Both the position numbers and the translations under genes were made by a program. Of a stretch of 35,101 nucleotides of DNA, positions 11,001 to 20,149 are shown piece after piece (position 1 is the first letter of the stretch; every line of letters begins with the position of its first letter). The stretch lies in NCBI GenBank assembly GCA_001724265.1, contig MEDY01000339.1:1-35101 (forward strand), read 5' to 3'. Origin of the DNA: Rhizaria sp. SCN 62-66 (lineage: Eukaryota). The notes beneath the pieces were generated by a model, which saw nothing but the letters and a program-made list of their open reading frames with translations, did not search any database and was not told the origin of the DNA.

Positions 11001-14000
11001 GGAGAGCTGTTGCTGTCGCAGGCGCTGTGGGGTCAGCCATGCCGGCTTTGTACCGCGATAACTGGGTGAACACGCCGCGTGCAGGGGCGTAAATAAGCGC
11101 GGCGGCACGGCGCGCCGCATCTGCCACCGTCACTGTCAAATTGGCACTCGCGCTCGCACTCGTCGCAACCTGTGCAGAGGAGGAAGCATCGCCCGCGTAC
11201 GCGTTCGCCAGAAGTCCCGCGAGCGAAGCGGCCTCAATCTGGTAGGTGCCGACCTCCGCCAGGATCGAGAGCGATCCCGTCCAGCCAGGGTTCGTGGCCG
11301 CGCCAGACGCCAGGTGCAGCGCGTGACGCGGGACGCCGGCCGTGGTTCCGAAAAACCCCTTGACCATGCGCCTCGCAAGCGAGTAGGCCTGCGCCAGGTA
11401 GAGCCGGTCACCTGAGAGGTCGTGCGCGGAAATCAAGCCGCCGAGCACGCGAATGCCGATCTCGAAGAAGGAGATGACCTTGTCGGGGGCCGCGAAGTCG
11501 AGCGAGGCAACGATGGGGCGCATGATGGCCGGGATGTCGGGCTCCGCGACGTGCTTCGACAGCGCGCGCTGCACCGCCGCGGTCGCGTTCGCGGTCGCCG
11601 CCGCGGTCGCGCCGAGGCCGAGGTGCGGCGTCGTCGTGATAGTCGCCGTTGTCGTGGTCTGCATAATCATCAGCGTGTCAATCGCGTCGACCGCGGTGGC
11701 CGCCAACCCGTTCCACCGGTCGTTGCCCGTCACGAACGTCGCCCGCGCGGCAAAGCCCTTGGGTGCCGCGTTGGCCGCGCCGCTGCTCGCGACGGTGGCA
11801 ACACCGGACAGCAACACGTCGACCGGGTTCGTCGCACCAGCGGCAGTAGCAGCACGGGCGGACGGCTGCGGCTGCGCGATGCTAGCGGGGCCAGCGTTGC
11901 CGTTGTTGTTATTGTTGTAGGTGCCAACGGGATGCGACTCGTCGCGGCCGTAGCCGTAGAGCAGGTACAGCTTCGCCGCGCGCGTGGCGGCCTCGCGGAT
12001 CAGCGCGCGCCGCAGCAGCAGAGGGGACACACTGTCGGCCTCGCTCGCGCTGCCACTACCGGTGTGAGGCGGGGAACTTAGACGGGGTAAGGGGATCGGG
12101 TCGAGCTCGGGCGACAGGTACGGCAGGTAGAACGGCGTGGACGCCAGCGCCCACAACGCCTGCAGCGTCGAATCAGCCACACTACCGACGCCGTTGCCGT
12201 TGCCGCTCGCACTCGCGCCTGCGCCGCTGCTGAGAGGGACGGCGTGGGGCAGCGACGGGTGCGTGAACAGTGCAGGGTACTCCGCCTGCGCACTACTCGT
12301 CGCATTGACCGTGGGCAGGGGGTACGGCAGCGCGGACAGCGGCAGGCCGGCTGCGAGCGCTTGTGCCGGGGGAACAAGCCACTTGGGGCGAGGCAGCGCC
12401 GGCGTCGCCGCTGCTGCCGCTGCTGCTGTGCCTACTGCGGCCAGCTTTCCCGCCCCTGCAGCTGTAGCGTCGGGCTTCGTGGCCGGATCAGTCTTGGTCT
12501 TAGCGGTGATGTCGCTGTTCTTGTTCTCGCTCGTGCGACCGCCAGTGCCCGGCTTCGTGGTCGTGTCTTTGCTGCCTGTGTTAGCGTTGTTTCTAGGGAT
12601 CTGAGGCTTTGGCTGTGCCGGCTGCGTGTTCGCAGTTGCCTTGCCTTGCTGCGAGCTGCTTGCAGCAGCGCCCTTGTCATCCTTCGAGTTGGCCTTGCTG
12701 CTATCAGCGCCAGCTTTGTTGTTGTTGTTGTTGTTGTTGGTGGTGGTGTTCGCTTTCTTGTCCGTGACTGGAGCGGTAGTGCTCCGCGCCGCAGCCGCCG
12801 CGGCAGCAACGACGGCCGCGTCAGGCGCAGTCGCGTTGCCCACGGTCCCCGGCAGGGCACCGAAAGTCAGGCCACCGACCCGGAACGCCATGACGCCCGC
12901 GACGGTACTCACGGTCACGAGCGCCGCGATGGCAACGAGCAGCAGCAGGTTGTGCCGCAGCCACTGCCCGCGGCCGGCGCCGCCGAGCCGCTGCTGCAGC
13001 AGGCTGGGGCGCGCGCGGGCGCGGTCGGGCGCGGGCGCCGCGATGACGACGCCGGCGCCGCCGCCCCCGCTGTTGATGCTGTGGGACTGAGAGTTTGGGG
13101 AGGCGAACATGTTCTGCTGCTGCAGCTGCTGCTGGAGCTGCTGCTGTTGCATGAGCATCTCTATCGTGAACACAGGCTCGGCCTGCTTCGGCTGCTTCTG
13201 CTTCGGCGGCTGCAGCTGCTGGTGCTGCGACGATAGCAAAGCCGTAGTGACCGACGACGCCGCGCCCGCCGCGACCCGGCTCGCAGTGTCGCCGCTGCCG
13301 CCGCCACTGCCGGTGTGGACGAGCGACGGGAAGAACGACGACGCCGCCGCGGCCGCGGAGGGCGTGGCGCTGCCGCCGGCGTAGGCAATGGGCGTGAAGG
13401 CCGCCGAGTGCGCGGCCGCGGTGGCGAACGCAGCCTCCTCGGCCTCCTCGTCTGACTCCCACTCGGCCGCCTGCAACTCACCCAAGCCACTGCTCCCGGC
13501 TGCAGCGCCAGCGCCGCCGACTGCAACGCCGCCCGAGGCAGGGTGCGCCACAGAGAGGCCGAGACCGAGACCGAGGCCGTTGGCGCCCCATGCGTCGTCC
13601 GCGCTCGCACTGCCGGCGGCGGGGCTGCTGCCGATAGCGGGGTTGCTGGTGATTGCGATCGGAGCGGTGGCGGGGGCGGGGAAGCTGGCCCAGGCAGAGG
13701 CTGGGACTGCAGCGGCAGCAGTGCTGGGACTAAAAGGATTACTCACCGGGAGACTCGCGGCGAAGGGCTTGCTAAAAGGATTACTAAATGGGTTCGTTGC
13801 GCTCGCTCCGGCGGCTGTGACTAGGGCTGTTGTGATGGTGTTTGCAACGGGGGTCAGTGAGGGCACAGAGAACGCAACAGGAGTCGTGCTACCATTCGCA
13901 GCCGTTGTGCATGTGGCAGATACTGCTGCTGTTGTTGTAGTTGCGTTCGCGCTGGATGTGTCACCAAAGCCCCAGTCGTTGTCAGCACTGGGACTCGTCT

Positions 14001-14211
14001 GAAGAGCAGCAGTGTGGCCGTAAGCAGAGTGACCGTGCGCAGCAGAGTGACTGTGAGCAGAGGGACTGGTACTGGAAACGGCGGGCATGTCGAACGGGTT
14101 ATCGCCCCACATGTCATCGCCACCGAGAGCTCTCGCATCGTGGTCCGCAGTCACGTGCTTCGCAGTCGCCGAGTCCGCACTGCTGCTGTTGGTGGTCGCA
14201 GCGTGCGCGTG

Positions 14212-14283
<72 letters not shown>

Positions 14284-14895
14284 CACGATAGCTGAGCCCG
14301 CAGTCGCAGGCGCTGAGGGCACAGATGCGGGGGCTGCCGCTGTGGTCAGCATAGCAGCCGTTGCAGCAGGGGCCGGGGCAGTGACCACCGGAGCAGAAGT
14401 AGGAGCATGAGCAGGAACAGCATTGCGTGTCGTGTTGTTGTTGCTTTGAGGGGCGAAGGGGTTGTGCGCAAAAGAGCTGCTGGCCGTAAACCCAGCTAAC
14501 GGGGCGTTCGCATAAGCGGGCGCATTCACAGTAGGGACAAATGCGCTCGGCGCAGCCGCACTCGAGGTTCCATGTGTCACTGACGCAGTCGCATTGCATG
14601 TCGATGCAGAGGTCGCTGGCGACGGCGAAGCTGCTGACTTCGCAATGGGCGCGAACGGGTTCACAGCAAACGGGTTGCCCGGCGCTCCGCTAGGGGGTGC
14701 AAACCCGGGCAGAAGGGCGCCCGCGGCCACAGCAGTTGGAAGTGCAGCCGCAGTCGCAGTGGATGTGGCAGTGGCAGTGGCGGGATCAACAACAGCGCGA
14801 GGAGCGAAGGGATTGCCCGCGGGCATGGCTGCGCTGGTAAAAGGTGGATATAAGCCAGTGCTGCGCCGCGCGGGGTCTGCGGGTGCGGATTGCAT
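5006..14895 (-). CDS. Giant glycoside hydrolase family 47 (class I alpha-1,2-mannosidase), type II membrane protein, ~3213 aa; exons 14895-6596, 6474-5943, 5815-5006
   Basis: GH47 motifs appear in the correct order: [127 protein letters not shown] (rebuilt across intron 1), [27 protein letters not shown]. One TM helix at ~12884-12950. Exon lengths sum to 9642 nt, a multiple of 3. Confidence 0.92.
5816..5942 (-). other. Spliceosomal intron 2 of GH47 gene (127 nt, phase 0)
   Basis: AT-rich; donor GGG|GTACGT, acceptor TACCAG|GCC. Joins in frame to the exon with [11 protein letters not shown]. Confidence 0.85.
6475..6595 (-). other. Spliceosomal intron 1 of GH47 gene (121 nt, phase 2)
   Basis: AT-rich; donor AAG|GTACGC, acceptor CTGCAG|G. 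Splicing restores the conserved [13 protein letters not shown]. Confidence 0.9.
14212..14280 (-). repeat. (AGC)22 microsatellite plus one AGT, encoding poly-Ser (~23) in the GH47 N-terminal tail
   Basis: Perfect GCT run on the + strand at 14215-14280, in frame as Ser on the - strand. Confidence 0.95.
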
Positions 14896-15577
14896 GACGG
14901 CAGTGAGTGACACAGGACGCGGGTCGAGTCCTGTGTTGGGCTGGGCGGGTTAGACGAGAGTGTGATAAGGTTGTCCCGTCTAGGCCTGGAGCGAGCAAAG
15001 CGTGCAACAAACATACAAACAAGTTCACATGAGATGATCGACTACGGCTGAGATGTAATCATACTACACATCACTGTTGTTACGCTGCACCTCCAAGTTG
15101 CTCCTATATGACGATGATTTCGAAGCAAATTGAATGATGTGCGACATCGCATGACGTGGCTTGAGGTGACCCGGCGAAAAAGAAAGAGTATACCGAGGCG
15201 CCAAAGCAGGGTTACTACGAATTCTAAAGGGAAGAATACTAAATTGTTGCGCGAATGTGACTTCTAAAACAAATATAGTGCTATATATGACAGTTATGAT
15301 GCAACGGGTCGATGATACGTACGACCCTCGGTATGGCCGCCAAGGCTCCACAGCAGCGACGAGGCGGAGTCTCAACATTTTCGGCAAATGCACTGACCCA
15401 AAAAGTCCGTTGTCAGACGTGTCGTTTAATTTCCACGATCAGACGTGGTGCTTTGTTTATTTTAGAAAAATAATTCACGTTGTGGAAGCCATATTCAATC
15501 ACTATCACTCACACCGCTGTGCTCCCCTTCCTCGCACTCCACCTCTCCCTCACTTGCTTCCGCGCCGCCGCAGCGCG

Positions 15578-16528
15578 ATGTCATCGACTCCTGCATCGCC
15601 CAAGATCTCATCCGACAAAGTAGTCGTGCGTGAGGTGAACTGGGACAAAGACCTGTCGATCGTGCAGTCGATCTGGGCTGATGGTTTCCGCCTCATCGTG
15701 CCGCTCTACTTCAAGGAGATCGCCTTCGCGCCCCACATCTTCGGCATTTTCGTCGCCGTCGCCAGCGCGCTGTCCTACGTCTGCACGGGCTCCGTCATCT
15801 ACGCGCCTGTCCCGCTTGGCCTTGCGTGGGCCGCTGGGTACCTCTGGTTTCACAACACCGTCGAGAAGTCCATCAAGACGACAGTACGTTCCCGCGCTCA
15901 GTCGCACCTGACAACTTCCTAAAATTGAGTTTAACTATAATTATACTTTTGCCAATCAATGAAAATCGTTGCAACCGTATACCCCCGTGCATTTCACTTG
16001 ATATGTTTCCATATTTCTCACGAATATATTCATCTATGTTGTTTAAAACTGCGTTTCCGTTGTGTTCAGGGCGTCAAGGGCATGGAGTACCTCAACTTCT
16101 GGGTGGCCGAGGTGGACGGCGAGGTGACCGCCTGCATCGGCGTTGTCGATGGGCCCGCTTACAAGGCCGCCGCTCACGCCAACAGCGCCGGCGGCGACAA
16201 GAAGGACAAGACTGAGACTGCGGCCACTGAGAAAGACGGCGGCAAGGCTGCTGAGACGGAGACTGAGTCTGGTGCCAGCGGCCGCAAGGTCGCGAGTGTG
16301 TGGCGCCTCACAGTCACGGAGAAGAGCCGAAATCTCGGTCTGGGCCGCATCCTGATGGACGTCAGCGAGAAGTGGCTCGCCGAGCACGGCTACACCGACG
16401 TCTCGCTGCTCGCTGGACACATCGGTTCGCAAAAATTCTACGATAAGCTGGGGTATACGCGCGAGAAGGTCGCGTGGCATCTCGGCAATCACGAGTCGAT
16501 TTACTTCAGCAAGAAGCTCGTCGCGTAA
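15578..16528 (+). CDS. GNAT-family N-acetyltransferase with internal hydrophobic segment (NAT8/camello-like), 254 aa; exons 15578-15883, 16070-16528
   Basis: GNAT motifs VVVRE, NFWVAEVDGEVTACIG, VWRLTVTEKSRNLGLGRILM (acetyl-CoA binding) and SQKFYDKLGY. The hydrophobic stretch IFGIFVAVASALSY...LGLAWAAGYLWF is typical of the NAT8 group. Stop TAA. Confidence 0.85.
15884..16069 (+). other. Spliceosomal intron of GNAT gene (186 nt, phase 0)
   Basis: Donor ACA|GTACGT, acceptor TTCAG|GGC; AT-rich; joins two ORFs in frame. Confidence 0.88.
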
Positions 16529-17127
16529 GCACGCTCTAGGCCGGCTGCGTGGCGGCCCCGGCGGCCTGGGTGACCTGCGCGCGTTGGTTGTAACTTGTTC
16601 TGTTCCTGTGATCTTTAAGACATGTCGTTGTCGCTAAGTATATATCTAGTATTTGTCACAATACATAGTATATTATGTATAATTTTTATTCTCGTACGAT
16701 ATGTCTGCATGTTTTTTCACCAGAAACTCACTATGCTTCGTGTGCGCGTTGTTATAGTTAGTTCGATGTTGTTCTTGTGGATGGCAGGGCCGAGCTGGCG
16801 GAGGGCGCGAAGCTCGCAACGTGTGGTGGCAGTTCCGCACATTCATTACAGAGCATACGCCGACGTCACTTTCAACTAAAGCGGGTGACATTCGAAAATA
16901 ACATGTATTTGCTATTAAATGTATTTGTGACATTGCTGTATAGCTTCATATATGCTCTCAGTTTGGGGGCGGTGATTCTGCGCCACCAACGCCTCGAGCC
17001 AGCCGCACTCATGCATTCCAAGCTGGCTTTAGATCAACCCCGACCGTGAAACTGCCATTATTTCACGCAAATCAACTCGTTTCCCCTGTAATAATTTCGT
17101 TTAAAATCGAGATAGACCTTCAGAGTC

Positions 17128-19191
17128 ATGGGCAACTTGTTCTCGAAGAAGAAGAAGGATGACAAGGCGGCCGCTGCCGCCCCCATCGTCGCTGCTGCCG
17201 CCGCCGCCCCCACTGCCGCCGCCGAGCCTGCCGCCGCTACCGCCACCGAGGAGCCCAAGAAGGCCGACTCCGCTGCTGAGCCCGCTGCTGCCGACGCCGC
17301 CGCTGCTGTCCCCGTGGCCGCCGCCCCCACCGCGTCTTCGTCTGCTTCTGCGCCGGCGCCTGTTGTCATTGGCGCTGCCCCTGTGACGCCTGCCAAGACG
17401 GACAAGCTCACGATCCACCCCGCGTCGCCGGCCTCGTCCTTTGCGCGCGCGTCGTTTAAGCCGATTGTGATCTGCGGCCCCTCTGGCGTCGGCAAGGGCA
17501 CGCTGACGGGCATGCTCTTCGCGGACTTGGGCGAGCACTTCAGCCGCAAGATCTCGCACACGACGCGCCCGCCCCGCGTCGGCGAGGTCCACGGCGTGTC
17601 GTACCACTTTGTCTCCCACGAGGCCTTCGAGGAGGACATGGAGCGCGGCGCCTTCATCGAGACGGCCAAGGTCCACGGCAAGTACTACGGCACCGCCTTC
17701 TCCTCCATCGAGAGCGCCATCAAGGCCGGCAAGATCGTCATCCTCGAGCTCGACGTCCAGGCACGTGTAATACCACATAACAAAGAAAAAACAATTGTAA
17801 TGTTGTTTTCCTGTTTTATCATGCTTTTCAACATGCGTTGTTTTGTCAAACATCTACTTTATACGCTCACTTGCTTTGTCTCTCTCTCGTCTATCGCTTT
17901 GCTCTTGGCTCTTTGGCGCGCGCAGGGCGTGCAGTCGGTCCGCGCGTCGCAGCTGTCGTGCAACTACCTCTGGATCGCGCCGCCGACCTACGACGAGCTC
18001 TCTAACCGGCTCGCGCACCGCGGCACCGAGACCGCCGACGTGATCGCCACCCGTCTCGGCACCGCGCTCGAGGAGAAGAAGGCGGTTGAGGCCCACCCGG
18101 ACATGTTCGACCACACGCTCGTCAACGACGACCTCAACGAGGCCTACCGTCGCCTCACTACGCTGCTCAGTGACAAGTACCCCCACATGAAGGACGCCGT
18201 GACGGCGCTGTGGGCCGAGAAGGACGCCACCACCGCCGCCGCCGCCGCGGCCGCCGCGGCCGCCGTCGCCGTCGCCGCCACCGCGGCCGCCGAGGACATC
18301 GCCGCTGAGATCGCGGCCAAGGAGGCCGCCGCTGCGGAGGCCACGGCTGCCGTGGCCGAGGCCGAGACCAAGGCTGCTGCCGAGGCTGCTGAGGCTGAGG
18401 CTAAGAAGAAGGCCGAGGATGAGGAGGCTGAGGTCAAGGCCAAGGCTGAGGCCGATGCTAAGGCTGAGGCCGATGCTAAGGCTGCTGAGGAGGCTGCTGC
18501 TGCTGATGCCAAGGCTAAGGCTGACGCTGAGGCTGCCGAGGCCGCTGCTGCCGCTGCTGCCGCTGCTGAGGCCAAGAAGGCTGATGATGAGGCTGCTGCC
18601 GCTAAGGCTGCCGCTGAGGCCGAGGCCGAGGCTGCTGCCAAGGTCAAGGCTGATGAGGAGGCCGCCGCCGCCGCTGCCGCTGCTGCTGCCGCTGCTGCTG
18701 CTGCTGCTGCTGAGGCCGAGGCTGCCAAGAAGGCCGAGGAGGAGGCTGCTGCTGCTGCTGTCACGAAGGCTGCTGCCGAGGCCGAGGCCGCTGAGGCCGA
18801 GGCCGCTGAGGCCGCCAAGAAGACTGAGGCCGAGGCCGCCGCTGCTGCCGAGGCTGAGGCTGCAGCCGCTAAGGCTAAGGCTGATGAGGAGGCCGCTGCC
18901 GCTGCTGCCGCTGCTGAACCTGTCGCTGCTGAGACTGCCGCTGCCCCTGTCGAGGAGGCTACCCCTGCTGAGGAGGCTGCTCCTGCTCCCGAGGCCGCTG
19001 CCGCTGCTGAGCCTGCTGCTGAGGCCGCTGCCCCCGAGGCTGAGACTGCTGCTCCCGAGGCCGCCCCCGAGGCCGATGCTGAGGCTGAGGCTGAGGCTGA
19101 GGCTGAGGCTGAGCCCGAGAAGGCTGCCAGCACTGCCAACAAGAACACCAACAATAACAACAAGAAGAACAAGAACAAGAAGAAGAAGTAA
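17128..19191 (+). CDS. Guanylate kinase with N-myristoylation/polybasic leader and long Glu/Ala/Lys-rich C-terminal tail, ~632 aa; exons 17128-17760, 17926-19191
   Basis: P-loop ICGPSGVGKGT, ISHTTRPPRVGEVHGVSYHF, KYYGT, ILELDVQ/GVQSVR, IAPPTYDELSNRLAHRGTET and VNDDLNEAY are all standard guanylate kinase motifs. Starts MGNLFSKKKK; stop TAA. Confidence 0.93.
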   Translation: MGNLFSKKKKDDKAAAAAPIVAAAAAAPTAAAEPAAATATEEPKKADSAAEPAAADAAAAVPVAAAPTASSSASAPAPVVIGAAPVTPAKTDKLTIHPASPASSFARASFKPIVICGPSGVGKGTLTGMLFADLGEHFSRKISHTTRPPRVGEVHGVSYHFVSHEAFEEDMERGAFIETAKVHGKYYGTAFSSIESAIKAGKIVILELDVQARVIPHNKEKTIVMLFSCFIMLFNMRCFVKHLLYTLTCFVSLSSIALLLALWRAQGVQSVRASQLSCNYLWIAPPTYDELSNRLAHRGTETADVIATRLGTALEEKKAVEAHPDMFDHTLVNDDLNEAYRRLTTLLSDKYPHMKDAVTALWAEKDATTAAAAAAAAAAVAVAATAAAEDIAAEIAAKEAAAAEATAAVAEAETKAAAEAAEAEAKKKAEDEEAEVKAKAEADAKAEADAKAAEEAAAADAKAKADAEAAEAAAAAAAAAEAKKADDEAAAAKAAAEAEAEAAAKVKADEEAAAAAAAAAAAAAAAAAEAEAAKKAEEEAAAAAVTKAAAEAEAAEAEAAEAAKKTEAEAAAAAEAEAAAAKAKADEEAAAAAAAAEPVAAETAAAPVEEATPAEEAAPAPEAAAAAEPAAEAAAPEAETAAPEAAPEADAEAEAEAEAEAEPEKAASTANKNTNNNNKKNKNKKKK
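17761..17925 (+). other. Probable GC-AG intron (165 nt, phase 0, no in-frame stop) in guanylate kinase gene
   Basis: AT-rich block inside a GC-rich ORF. Donor CAG|GCACGT, acceptor CGCAG|GGC. Removal gives the conserved LDVQG motif. A GT at 17767 is an alternative donor that would add 2 aa. Confidence 0.8.
18225..19188 (+). repeat. Degenerate GCT/GCC/GAG/AAG coding repeats (KA[D/E]EEAAAA- and EAEAEA-type units)
   Basis: Recurrent AAGGCTGATGAGGAGGCCGC and (GAGGCT)n units encoding the guanylate kinase tail. Confidence 0.85.
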
Positions 19192-20149
19192 ATGGCAGGT
19201 TTTCATTGACATTGAATAACATGTCGTCACTTGGTTAGTGAATAACGGTAACTCACGCGTACTCTTTTTGTTTGTGCTCAAACTTTTAGGAAACAGTGCG
19301 GCAGAGTTCGGCACTTGAAGTCAAGTGGAACACTGTTCGTATTGTTTTTTATAAAATGACATGGGGTGATATATGGTTTATATAGTGTGTGTTTATTTTG
19401 CAAGATGAAACAGCATTGCATACATTATTTACAAATTTAAGTCGTTTACTATCGACTATCGACTTCAAGTTAACTGCTGCGTAACCCATTGAGAAAACAT
19501 GCGGATATACGTTGTAAATAAGATTTTAAGAAATGAAATCGGGAGGGCGTGAAGAGAACTACCGCTCAGACTTTATACTAGGATTTTGAGCTCATGTCAC
19601 TTTGTTTGGCGGATATATCGTTGTTGAAAGGAGCGTACACGAAAGTGCACGTCGTTCGACTGTACACAGCAACAACCCAGCTGGCTGGCGTGAGTCCGTG
19701 GTTTGTTGCCTGCATTTGTTCGAGGTCGGGAGACGATGTCTGACCGTCCAATGTACTGTTAGTATCATTTCTGGGTTGGCACTACTTGTGAGAGTATCTG
19801 TGCTAATTTTATAGTTTGCTCCGACACGGTTTGTCTCTTCATGCAGCTTGTCCGGTTTTGCAAGCCCATTTTCACCACGTCTCCTCGTCTGATCTCCGCC
19901 GGCACTACCACGCTCTTGAACGAAAAGTATTCATATCAAGACAAATGTCACGACACGATAATTAATCTCACATATCAATGTCTACTTTTTTTCTCTTCAT
20001 TGTATCTTTGTTTCGCACCCCAGGCGTCTGCCGCGCCGAATCACCCCGGTCCGGCACTCCCCTCCCTTGGTTCGCTCTCTCTCGCGTTTGTTTCCTTGAC
20101 TCGAGCTCGCTCCACTGCGCCGCCGTCGCTTGCACCGCCTTCCGCCTGC

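Noticed and set aside
5943-12000. Inteins or inserted mobile elements as the source of GH47 insertions
   Set aside because: The inserts are low-complexity, with no recognisable Hint or endonuclease motifs, terminal inverted repeats or target-site duplications.
15257-15577. Upstream in-frame extension of the GNAT ORF
   Set aside because: AT-rich, promoter-like sequence; coding-type codon bias begins at ATG 15578.
17854-19314. 486-aa antisense ORF over the guanylate kinase tail, and similar long antisense/alternate-frame ORFs (21003..22871, 23755..25395, 26894..28198, 7891..9237)
   Set aside because: Shadow ORFs produced by high GC3 and repetitive codons on the true coding strand; they carry no domain motifs.
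19565-19750. U3 snoRNA (GACTTTATACT start, GGCGTGA, terminal CTGA)
   Set aside because: Box A and box C (TGATGA) are not recognisable; the resemblance is too weak.
19841-20149. N-terminal extension of the TPR-SET gene from ATG 19841
   Set aside because: The ORF runs through AT-rich, intron-like sequence ending at a CAG at 20023. The nearest GT donor (19927) is out of phase with it, so a 5'UTR intron or non-coding leader is more likely.
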